Positions 27,186 through 38,848 of a stretch of DNA of 64,000 bases are shown one piece after another. How positions within the stretch are numbered: position 1 is the stretch's first letter; each line of letters begins with the position of its first letter. Origin of the DNA: Sphagnum compactum. Its lineage: Eukaryota. The notes below the pieces were generated by a model. The model was not told where the DNA came from. It saw nothing but the letters and a program-made list of their open reading frames with translations, and made no database searches. Made by a program: the position numbers and the translations under genes. Location: positions 21,566,213 through 21,630,212 of the forward strand of contig OZ234493.1 in the NCBI GenBank assembly GCA_965153455.1, in the 5' to 3' direction.

Positions 27186-30100
27186 CTTAATGGAGTTACT
27201 TGAAGTTGTCATATTGATGCAGGCAATGTTACGTGCAGTGGAGGGGGACGGTTTCACAGTCACCCAAGCAATTGCCCTCATGCTCGAGTGTGCACAAGAA
27301 GAAGATCCAGAGAAGGGGCTTGTGCTAGAAAAAGCTTCTGTGAAGAAGACCGTGGAGATGGTGCAAGATTCTAACAGCAGCCATCTTATGGAGGTCAATT
27401 TCTGGTCCTGTATATGTGGATTTTGGAATCCCATAGGTGTTCCTCAAGATCCCAAACATGTACCTTGATTATTTGAAGCAGATTGATTAAGGATCTTGTT
27501 GTCGAGCGAGCAGATTTTAATTGCTGAAGATCTTTATTCTGATTTAGGAGCATGCATGCTTATGTTGAAAGTATTGAACTTGGGATTGTGCATTTTTCTT
27601 CTGATTCAGGTGATGCTACAAGTGGCACCAGATGCCTTGTATATGGAGTTGTTTGAACGCTTTTTCCAACACCAGCTGCTTCAGTTGGCAGTTCACCCTT
27701 CTGCCAATTTTGTTATTCAGGCCCTCATTGCTGCTGCACGGAATGTGGATCAGGTCTGTTCCTTTCCAACTGCTTTTAGTGCCTGAAGTTGAAATGTCTT
27801 GTTTCCTGGACATCTGCAATGACATTTACATTACAGAAATATCCAGTGCTTTCAAAGCATGAACTACAGAAACTTGTTTTACCTTGCAAGTTGCCAAACT
27901 CAGCAACTGAATCAATCAATTAGCCTGTTTTCAAAAGGCTAGATCCACTTGAAAGTGATTTGGGAGGGCCCATAGTCAAGTTCATGGATTTCACTGACAA
28001 ATGCAGTCTCTTATGCACAATGTTACTCAATTTTCTGAGTGTCAGAGAGAACTAAACACATGCTTATTTTAACCTTTTGTTCTGTATTGTCCACCCATAA
28101 TATCTTCTCGTGAATGGATGGATTTGTCCACTGCATGATCTGGTGATCTCAAATTGATGGTGTTTGGGTCTTCAGGAAGGGAATTGTGCCAAGAGGTCTG
28201 TATGTCTCAAACAGTGTTTGGAAACATATGTTCCCTAGTGTAGCAGGAAAGTCCATGAAAAGAGCATCCTGTAAATACTGCTCTAGGAGAGATGGACAGA
28301 GTTAAAAATGACACCTCTTGTAAGATGTGCAGTCTCATTATGTTCAGGGCATGGCAGGTAACTATGATGTTAGAGGAACTAGAGAACAGTTTTGCAGAGC
28401 TGCTGGCAGAGCGCAAGGGTGGTGTGGTGGCTGCCCTCTTGGCTGCCTGTTTGCGATTTCACACCCGGCAGCGTGAGGCAAGTGTTCTTCAACTTTACAG
28501 AGCACCTTTTTATAGTCAAGAAGTATTGCACCCATTTAACCACTGCACAAATGACTAGTCAGTAAGCTGGAAATTAGACAGCAGAGACCCTTCATTTTTC
28601 CCACATGAGACACTTGTAAGGTGGTCATTATCTATGCCAGCAACCTATTTGGAAGCTTTCATCCTGTTCACTTCTGCTACATATCAACATTGCAGAATAG
28701 GTATGTGCACCTTTCTCCTGTCTGATCCAAAGTTATGTGCTGCAGGCATCCCGGGGACTTATGCGTGCCATCAATCCTGATACACCTTCACCCAACTGCA
28801 TTGTTCCCCGCATGTTCTTCTTGGAAAGCCTTGCTGGCACTGGAAAGTTTTCACAAGAATGGAAACCTCCATTTGGCTCCCGTTTGTCAGTGCTGGGCTC
28901 TGCCATGCTGCAGATAATCTTCAGCTATCCTCAGGTGATCTATCAGCCTGCAACTGCCCTCTTAATCTTATAGAACTTGCTTGCAGAAAGCAAGCTCCTG
29001 CTTTTGCAAAACCTTGCAAACTCTAAGAGAAATAAGTTGCACTTCTCAGGCAGCATGACTTTCAGGGCTTTACAGTTCCTACTGACACTAGTGTTTACTT
29101 GCCTCTCTGATATAGTTTTCATGAGCTTCAATTTGTACTTGGAAGTAAAGCCTGAGAAGTAACAGGTGATGGTGGGTAGGATTTGTGCAGGAGTGTTGCC
29201 AGCAGTTTTGTGCAAGCATGGCAGCCTTGGACTCTAGTGATGTTTTGCACACTGTCAGAGACCCTGGTGGGAGTAGGGCAATTGAAGCTTTCCTCTCATC
29301 TGGAGCTGTTCCCCTTAAACACAAGCATCGGCTTATTGCCAAGTATGACTTGGTCTTTTCTAAACTGGGCTACCAAATATGTGCTATTGTTAAGGAGAAC
29401 ATTCCTGTTTAGTATTGCTAACACTCCACTATTCTCTGCTCTTGGGTGAAATGTTGATGTTAGAAGTCCCTTGTGTAATGGCTGTTCATGAATGTAGAAG
29501 ATATTTCCAATGAGTGTGGTGTGGTGGCCCAAAAACCCTGGAAGACATATTGTTTGAAATAATTTTCCTATCATGGAATCTGATGACTGCAACTGTATAA
29601 TGTTCACATTCAGCCAGTATCTCCAGCTAACACACATGAAGTGGGTGGCAGGTTGAAAGGACATTTTGCAGAGCTTGGGGTTGAACCAATTTGCTCATAT
29701 GTGGTTGAGAAATCATTTTCAGTGGGTGACATGAAGCTGAAGGAGATGATTGCTGCAGAATTGACTCTGGCTGAATCAGAACTTTCGAAGACCAGGAATG
29801 GTCCATTTTTGCTGAAGCGATGCAACATTCCCTCGTATGTCTTTTACACTGTAAATTCTTATTTATTTCTTCAGTAGGCTGAAAGAGCTGCTTTACAGTA
29901 TCCAGGGTTGTTCCACCACTGTGGAAAAATCAGCTATGGCAAACCTTTCCATATGGGCACCTGCATTGTTACATGATGCACTCATATCAGGGGTGCTCAA
30001 GCCATCAGGTTGTCTTTTAGAGTAAGATAGTTGGTGGTGACTTCTTAAGTGTTGTTTCTACCAGAGTCCCTGTTATTATGGTTGCCTTATGCCTGACTTC

Positions 30101-30749
30101 GCTAAATCTGAAGCCATGGGCCTTCTGCTGACAGTGTCAGTGGCTCTATTCAAATATTTAGATTAACAGATCCAGTTTGTACAATGTAGCATTTTCTAGG
30201 TGCCCTGGCTTAGAATGCTGTTGATCTTTAAGCCCTTCACCTACTTTTGTCTATCCTTTGAACTAAGATTACTCATTGAATGTACTGTCTCACATTTGGT
30301 TGTTACTCATCAGGTATGCAAAGGGAGCTGATCAATGGCGAAAGCAAGAAAGCTCCAAGCAAGGCACCCGAGAATTATTCGCTGAGATTTTCCAGGCCAC
30401 TCATGAGGTGCCATTTGACACCAAAGCTCTAAGGGCCCAACCCACTAAGGTTGAAGGGAAAAAGCGAAAAAGCTCAAGCAGCACCAGGTCATCAGAACCA
30501 ACAGCAAGCAAAGTTAGTACTCTCAATCTAGATGATACTATGGCACAGTTGGGCTTTGACCTGAGTAAGTTTCAGAAAAGTAACAAGAAAACTAAAGTAG
30601 CCCAAATGTCAGGCAACAGAGACTTGACATTTGGTACAGAACATGGGGGTTTGACAACTTTTACTATGCTGGAAGACCAGAGAACAAAAAGTGATGATAT
30701 AGATATGCTGTTTATGCGAAAAAGCAAAGTTCAGAAAAAGAGAGGCTGA
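25574..30749 (+). CDS. APUM23: Pumilio homolog 23 / Nop9 (nucleolar 18S rRNA processing); exons 25574-25821, 25985-26372, 26469-26771, 27223-27393, 27610-27753, 28358-28477, 28746-28934, 29191-29342, 29652-29834, 30314-30749
   Basis: RGG-rich N-terminus; RGQVDPETQQYFSEI, ICASALEEAKGKE, GSHVVEAAL, YGSHVLRQLL, SHLMEV, ANFVIQAL, GGSRAIEAFL, ELSKTRNGPFLL. Phases are consistent if one intron is GC-AG. Confidence 0.9.
27130..27183 (+). repeat. (AG)n microsatellite in APUM23 intron 3
   Basis: Uninterrupted AG dinucleotide run of ~54 bp. Confidence 0.95.
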
Positions 30750-32378
30750 GGGATGTGAATATAGGCAAAAGTGTTGTTCAGAATTCTAGTCAGGAAGCAA
30801 CTGGATGGTTTGACAGAAGGCCCAATTTTCTGAATTGGATACAACACCTGAAGATCTTGTGAAAGAGGAAAGCAAGGAAAACCGTAGAGACCAGCTGGGC
30901 ATGCCTTCCACTCATACAAAGAAGCCTTGCCAAGTGAGGATGTAATCAAGGGGATTATGTCGACAAGGACAATTTTGACCAACTATGAAAAACTATATTC
31001 TGCACCGGAAACCTCAATGCTGGTATGATCTGTCTGACAGTGTAGTAATTCCTGGATGTTAAAAGTTTCTCAGATTCGTAAGAATTTGCAATCCTTTTTA
31101 TGCAGGTTCTGCGTGTAACATTTAATGCTTAAGCAGTAACAAAACAAAAATAATAAATCCCTGAACAAAACAGTTTGATGTGGTGATTGACTCTGATTTG
31201 TGAATACTGTTTTGATTGGTGACTGGTCCTTTTCTGACTCCCATGTATTTGAGGTGGGCTTAGTTTATAAAATCTTCAATCAGCCCAGTCTATTCACTGG
31301 TGACCAAATGCACCATCTGTATTACTATGCATCCTTTGGACATAGAAATTGGACAGTTTTGGAGCTCTCCCTCACATATGCAAAAGCGTGGTTGCCATAT
31401 TGGATGTTTACTTCTAATGAGAAGAGTCTTATCTCTCTTGTTTCTCCTGTTTCATTTGTCCAGAATACATTTAAGCTTGATTTATGGCATGTTAAATTTG
31501 AAGTTTGTTTGAGTCTTGAGTAGTTTATGAGTGTGATTCAAACTCAGAGATGTTAGCATATGTGAACCAACCGCCACCAGCACACCATGAGGGACCAGGA
31601 AATGTTGAGTTTGGATTTGGAGACCTTGATTTAATCTAAGGATGAGATAATTATAATGTTGAGAAGGAACCCAAATATTATCAGGGGTTTTAGTTTTCAC
31701 CATGGTATCAAATGCAGGAGCTGCTTCACCCAATTCCCTACTTATTTTCCTATGTGAACTATTGTTTACACAAATTGGTTCAGGTAGAATCACTCATCAT
31801 CATCAATCAGTAGTTGGCAAGTGTATACTCAAACTGTCGAAAAGAACACCTATGATGAATCATCACCAAGTGGGTAGCAGTTCAAAATCATCCCTAAATC
31901 CCAAATGTCAGGTATTGTTTTTTACCTTACAATTAAGTGATGGAGGTTTTGAGTTCAATCACTAGCCTAACAAGGGATTGGTATGGACTCAAAAAGTGAA
32001 CATCAAGAGCCCCTGCCTCTATGATGGGCCTTTGTGACCACTTTCAGAAGTCTAGCATTTTTAGTCATAGGGTGCACCCTGGTTGTACATGGAAGGATAT
32101 GTTTTCATTAAGAAGTGAAGTATTTTTTATTTCAAAGTAATGGGGAGGGGGGGGTTTATATCTCATTTGTTCAAAACCAAATGCAGGTTTGCAAACAACT
32201 ATAGAAACACTAGGTCGAGGGCTACCTAGAGTGTTTGGAGCTCCAAGCTTGAAAGTGTCAAGAGAGCAATGCCAGCCTTCCAGCCCTAAGTGTTCACCCA
32301 CCAAATCCATCATTGTCTATGTTCATGATTCGACATGAGAGTTGAATATCCATGGATTTTGATTGTGGCTTTAGTTTA

Positions 32379-32497
32379 GGGTAAAGCCCTTGGCAGTGGG
32401 CTTCACCAAAATAAGGGCCCATGTGAGGTGGAGCTGAGAGTGCAGGTTCAAATCCAGTGAAGCCCACTGCCAAGAGGACTCTAATGAGAGTTAACCC
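32379..32497. mobile_element. Small Tourist/PIF-Harbinger-like MITE with internal perfect hairpin
   Basis: TTA|GGGTAA...TTAACCC|TTA ends. Perfect 18-bp inverted repeat CTTGGCAGTGGGCTTCAC (32389-32406) / GTGAAGCCCACTGCCAAG (32457-32474). Confidence 0.55.
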
Positions 32498-35400
32498 TTA
32501 ATTGACATTTGACCAAAACCAATGCCAAGTGATAGGAGGGAGTTACAACCATATAACCTCCCAATATCTGGAATTTTGGGACATTTTAAAAAATCCAAAT
32601 CCTTAGAGTTGTAGGGGATTTCAGTCTGAATCTTTTGTTATTAAAAATGTGTAATTTGGGTGAGACACGAAAAATCCCCACTATTATTGAAAAGCGCAAT
32701 TTTATGAGATATGACACGGCTTTTTTGGTGTTTTTGGAGTATTTGATTTAGCTACCATAGTTCAATTATCCTAAAACTCTTAGTAGATGGAAGGTGCGCA
32801 GATGAGGTTAGTGAGAAAACAACTTCAACATTTGGACTTGAGATTAGGTAGAAATGAGTGGTCAAAGTTCCACAAACACAAAAAAAAAGCAAGCTATTTT
32901 CACTGTTCTGGGGCATGTTGTGTGATGAGGTTCAGTGTGTCCCAGAAACCTGCCAACTCCACCTTCAAAACTGGCAAAACTGGACTTTTCATAACATTGG
33001 CAGATAGCAAAACTTGAGGTGCTTGAAGATTTTTCTCCATTTTCAAGCTCAATTTTTTTAATAAATGAGCTTGAGCGACGAAAATGGCACATCAGAAGGG
33101 CAAGAAAGAACACGAAAGGTGTAGCCTATGTGTTAGTTCTTGACCTGGGACAGTATTGGGGATGAGTGGGGGAACCATTCTGGTCTGCACTGATGTTTAA
33201 GGGCCAAAATCAGCTCAAAAAATTTATCTCAATTTTTTTGGGAGACCCACAAGGAAAAAATGCCCACCCTTCACCAAGGAAAGATTACACACAGTAAGCC
33301 ACCCTCCAACGACACTAAAGTTTTTAAGCAAGTCTTACATATATGAGGGTGCGGATCAAAACAGACAAAAACATTCTCCATCAATATGAGAGGCTTGTCT
33401 TTACAGTTATACTTTCATTTGCTGCTGTGTTCCAGATTGCCTAATTATTCCTAATTCGGGTCGATCCTTGAGTCTGCACCCACTATTTTGGCCTACTCAA
33501 ATAGTTGGGGTTCAAATGTCAGTAGTGCACTTCCTCACTACTATGGGGCCTTTACCATTTTGGCAATAATTAAATTATTTTCAGTAAACATCAAAAAAAA
33601 AAATTATTAAAAAATTTAGCTGCCCACACAATGCAGGAAGTTCTAGAAACTCTGTTGCTACCTAGTGTATATGGTCATTTTGCTCATTCTAGGTCTACAT
33701 GGCCAGGTCTTTGAAAGTGCTGAAATTTCAGGAAGTTCTTGTTGTTATTGTCGAGTGAAAAAATGGAAAAATAAATAATTTTTCATCAAGCAGATGAATG
33801 AATGGTAAAGGTACTATTCCAGTATGGATGTCCTGTATTTAAGTGATTCTAAGTTGGTGAAATCACTTGGAAAGGCTCTCTCTCCCATAGTATCTTTACC
33901 ATTTTGACAACAAACTGTTAAATATTTAATTAAATTTGAAATCTTAACTTTGACACTTGGTTTTTTAATTTTGAATTTTTTTGTCAAATAATGATTATAA
34001 TAAATGATAAATTAGATCCTTTTCATTTAGACTTTATCATTTAAAAGTCATTGTTCTTGGGGTCTTGGGGGTCTGCAATTCAAAAGCCTAACAGTTGAAA
34101 TTTTTGAATCTATTAAAATTTTGGCACAAATAATAAATAATTTTTTGAAACAAAAAATAATTTAATTTATGCCGAAATGGTAAAGCTACTATTATAATCC
34201 CACAATTTGATTGAAATAGGTAGATATGACTTTCATGGCAATCAACCCCACCTTTCTCTTTTCCTCCCAAAAAGCGTACACTATAAAAAATAACTTGTGT
34301 CACCAAAAAAGAAGGGGAGGTGATTTTGATAAGGTATCTCTAACATTTTGAATACTTGTTCAACAAGATTTACTGAAAATGTCCAAAGAACAGAAAGAAA
34401 GTTACAACAAATATTGTTTCAAAACCTAAATTCTTTCAAAGTAATAGACTTTGTTATTATAGCTCTATGGACCTCAAGGGATCAAACCTTTCTTGATTTC
34501 CTCTTAAGGAGCCACTTGGTTGTTTACAAGCATGACCCTTCACCCACAGAAATCCCACAAGTGCTACCCCAACATCATTACGTAGTCTCTTCAGAAGTTG
34601 AGAAGTTGGACATGGATTAAAAACACAGCACCTAGATGTGATCGTCTACATCTCATAGTATCCTTTTGTTCCAAAATCCCTGGAGCTCTCACAATATCAC
34701 AGGTACTCTCTTCTCAGAATAGACCACATCACACATTCACATCAAAACCCCCAAAAATTGTCAAAGATGGTAGCTGCCACTACAACCGCTCCTGAGATCC
34801 TCGACTCTTTCATCATTTTCCTTGATCTGGTCCCTAAAATACAAATGCTAGACCTCCTCTTTCTGTCCTGATGTTCTTGACACAGCGAAAGTTCAGGCGC
34901 CAAATTCAAGAAAAAATGAAGTTCAGTGGGACTTTCGCCCTCAACTGACTACTATCAAAATCCAAACACACTCCATACTTCCTAACAAGCAAAATCGAAA
35001 CTTAGCTTCTCCCATGCCCCAAAAAAAAATCCTCCCCTTTCCTTCTTCTCACCCAACTTCATATAATTGTTCCTTGTCCACCTCCCTCCACTCCTTTGAA
35101 AGCTTAGCACTAATCGTCTTCGAGAACCACGATTTACACTCCCCATAAAGATTATCAATTGAACAGCAAGGATCCCGCTCCATGACCGAAACCAACTCAC
35201 CTAAGGCACTCCACAATAACCCGCAAAACAATAAACAAAAAAAAAGAAAAAAAAGAAGTAATTGAACTTTCAACATCCATGAAGGGCAACAGCTTCGAGA
35301 TCATTTGCCACATCAGCTAAATTAGGGTTTCTGCTTTCATCCACAGAAAAATGTTGTACACTGTTTTTGAGGTCACACTGTGTATTACGTTACCGACAAC

Positions 35401-35631
35401 AACAGAAGCACATCTTCCTTTGAGAATCAGCACGTCTACCTTTTGCAGCATTTTGATCTTCTAGTGCTTTCTTTTGTGTCATCGGAGAGAAAATCCCAGC
35501 ATCCTCGCGTCTTGGTTTGCTTGAGCTTCTTTAACATCATCGCTGAGTGACATCTCTACCCCGCACCCACAAGCTGGTCTGTGTATACAGCGCCTACGAC
35601 AGGCAGCCTGGTGCTCGGAGCTAGCTTCGTC

Positions 35632-36387
35632 ATGGCGCAAGTGTGGAAAGTTATAGCGGATACGTTAGAGAGCACTGCGCATTTGCTGCCCCCTCCAGCT
35701 GATTCGGCAGTGGGGCTGGTGGGTACCGTCGCCCGGCTGACTCAAAAGGCGCTGGAAGGCAAATAGGCAAGCAAGGAGAATCAGCGATATATAGAGCAGC
35801 TGATGAATCGCGCCGTGGATATGGCGAAGATCATCGAGAAATATGTGGCGGAATCTAGGTCCAGGGATGAGGTCTTCTTGCGATTCGTGACGAGCTTTCA
35901 TACCATCACGGAGGAAGTGTCCAGTTTCGTGGCGAATTTTGCGCACGAGCGATGGCTGCAGAGGCTGATGAACGGGAGAGCGGTGAAGTCCCAGTTTACG
36001 GATCTGTGGAGGCAGCTGGATGCTATTGCTGTGGACTTCACTATCCATTTTTTGAGGATCATGGATTCGAAAGGTCCTCATGAGCGCATCGAACATCCGA
36101 AACTTCGCGATTTCTGGAAACACAGTATGACGAACGTCCATGAGGCGAAGTGGATCCATTTCTGGGATCAGTTCCTGTTCGAGTTCCCCAGTGCACAACC
36201 GTTCTTGACTGGCGCCTCAGCCTCTGCCAACAAGGTCAAATTTCAGGAGAAAGCGCTCCCCAAAGACGCGAACTTCGTTGGTCCGTTGGAGATCAACAAC
36301 CTTTTCCAGCCGCCCACTGCCATTGTCGAAGAGATTCTTTCTTCCGTCCTTGCTGGTGATGAGCAAGCTGTCATACTGAAATACCAG
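35632..36387 (+). pseudogene. Exon encoding an MLKL-type four-helix bundle followed by a Cbl EF-hand-like segment; one in-frame TAG at 35764-35766
   Basis: ORFs 35581-35766 and 35803-36630 share a frame. LLPPPADSAVGLVG..K*ASKENQRYIEQLMNRAVDM..EEVSSFV..RWLQRLM..FTDLWRQLDAIAVDF fits the MLKL N-terminal pattern. RIEHPKLRDFWKH..WIHFW..NFVGPLEINNLFQP resembles the Cbl TKB EF-hand region. Donor CAG|GT at 36387. Confidence 0.6.
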
Positions 36388-36488
36388 GTTAAACTACTGT
36401 TTGGCACATCTGCTTTTGAGTCTGTTTCAAACTTGCGCTCTCCCTCAATTCACTCAGGAGGTGCCGGTGCTCTCAAAGCAGGCGGTAG

Positions 36489-38475
36489 GATGGGAACTCC
36501 AGATCATGGTTCACTTATGATGAGTTGTACTCTGCCACGGATGGATTTGCAGCTTCTAACCTTCTTGGAGAAGGTGGGTTTGGACGTGTTTATAAAGGAC
36601 ACTTGCCATCTGGTCAAGTTGTTGCAGTGAAGCAGCTTACGGTTGGTGGTGGTCAGGGCCACCGTGAATTCAGAGCTGAAGTTGAAATCATCAGCCGTGT
36701 TCATCACCGTCACTTGGTGTCTCTTGTTGGCTATTGCATTGCTGACACCCAGCGATTGTTGGTGTATGACTTTGTTCCTAATGGCACCCTTGCGGATCAT
36801 CTTCATGGTAAGCCATAAATGTTTACTTTATAATCCCAATCTGCAAAAGGGGTGGGTGAGTGTTTTAACCTGAGTCAGTGTAAAGGTTGGTTGTGTCGTG
36901 TGATTTCATGTGGGTTTGTTGGAATGAATTTCGGGGTATGTAGGCAAGAAGGGAGGGGTTGTGATGAACTGGGCTACAAGAGTGAAAGTTGCAGTCGGAT
37001 CTGCACGTGGGCTTGCATACCTTCATGAAGACTACAACCTCCGTATCATACACCGTGACATCAAAGCCTCCAACATTTTGCTTGACAACAACTTTGAAGC
37101 TCAGGTATGCAGCTTGGAGAACTTGATGTGGATATCTTACTAGGAACAGAAGGTGTATGTAACCCTTCATTTGCATTTTTTTATTTTAATGATTAATTTC
37201 CTCTTTTCCTGGTTTGCTGATATGCTGCCAGATCTGAAATCTCTATAATCTAATCAATTGGTCATCCCTCGAGTACACACAGGTTGACTTGCATTGTAAG
37301 TACAAAGAAGTTCTTGGGTACTTATGGAGATAATGTTTCAACAGGTTGCAGATTTTGGACTTGCAAAATTGGCTTCAGATGCAAACACCCATGTGACAAC
37401 CTGTGTGATGGGCACCTTTGGATATTTGGCTCCAGAATATGCAGCAAGTGGCAAGCTGACAGAAAAATCGGATGTGTTCTCGTTTGGTGTGGTGTTGTTG
37501 GAACTCATAACTGGACGAAAAGCTGTCGATCCAAGACAGCCACTTGGGGATGAGAGCTTGGCTGAGTGGGCCCGTCCACTGATGACACAGGCTTTAGAAG
37601 ATGGGAATGTTGACCAGATTGTCGACCCAGAACTGCGAAATGCTTATGATGAAAAGGAAATGTTTCGTATGATTGAAGCAGCAGCTGCTTGTGTACGCCA
37701 TTCTGCATCCAAGTGCCCCAAAATGGCCCAGGTTAGTCAAATTCTTCAACTCTCACTCTATTCATGGATGGATAACTTCTCAAATATGTTACGTTCTCTG
37801 CTTAAGTTGAGTTTACAGAAGTAGTAGTTCTTGGGCTTTTGACTTCTGATTTGATCTTGGAGCAGGTCGTTCGAGCACTGGAAAGTGCTGGAAAGTGATG
37901 CAGAAAATGCTGGCCTATACCAAGGCTTAAAGCCAGGTCACAGTGTTGAGCATAATGCTGTCTTTGGTGGTAGTCGTTTTGGTGGAGGGAGCTCAGACTA
38001 TGACACACAGAAGTATAATGCGGATATGCAGAATTTCCGAAAACTTGCACTTGGCAGCCAACAGTTAGGCAGTGAATATGCAAGTACATCAGGAGTTTCA
38101 AGTGAATATGATGCCAATCCATCCAGCACAGAGATGCAATCTGATTTCAATTCTGGAGAGGCTGCAATTGATGTTCGAGAAGAGGCTCCAGTGGCAGTGA
38201 GGGTTGGGAACGGTCAGGTACCACCAAGGTCAACTGGTGGCCTTGTGCAATGGAATGCTTCACAAAGCCCTGTGCATCTAAGGCAGCGGTCAGCTGGCTC
38301 ATCAGTAGCCAGCAGTGTTAGAACAGTGGGTACAAGAAGTGATTTACCAACCCGACCTCCTCCTGACCCCTTGGGTTATTCCAGCAGCAACTACAGCGGT
38401 GAGTATGCACCCATTGATTATGGTTCCACACCGCATACAAAGCTAATGGAAGCCCGAATCGAGGAAGGCAGATAA
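36489..38475 (+). pseudogene. PERK: 5'-truncated PERK-type (RLK/Pelle) kinase gene segment; exons 36489-36807, 36944-37104, 37345-37731, 37866-37898 (native stop 38475)
   Basis: [97 protein letters not shown]. No Pro-rich ectodomain or TM helix upstream. A 10-bp duplication frameshifts the last exon. Confidence 0.85.
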
Positions 38476-38848
38476 AAATATGTCTAGCTTACTTCTGAAG
38501 ACTGTGTTATACCTAATCAGGTCTCAAGAAAGTGTTGGTGGGGGGTGGGAACTGTATTTTGGTTCCTTGATAGGTCACTCCAATATGTCCTATTTGAGGT
38601 GAGCAATATGCCTGCTGGAGCCTTGATTTTATGTCAGATCTATTTTTCTGCTAGAATCAATTTTGTAGAGACAGGAGGGGAGGAGTGTACTGAAAAACTT
38701 TTTAAAGTTTCTGTATATTTGGGTGCCATCCAAATGTTGGCTACCTACACTGCTTGTACAAGTAGCAATTGTTTCTCCTTTTATCATAAATGATAACAAG
38801 TAGCTGCTATAACTCCCCCTACTACTGACTTCATCAGCTCTCAACATA

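Noticed and set aside
6780-30749. Functional cluster of RNA-processing genes (CAF, SAC3C, APUM23)
   Set aside because: Different compartments and pathways; adjacency is probably chance.
36388-36630. Unspliced continuation of ORF 35803-36630 taken as a real C-terminus
   Set aside because: It reads through intron-like sequence and overlaps the PERK exon out of frame.
36489-38848. PERK segment as a processed retrocopy
   Set aside because: It retains three GT-AG introns and shows no poly(A) tail, so a DNA-level duplication fits better.
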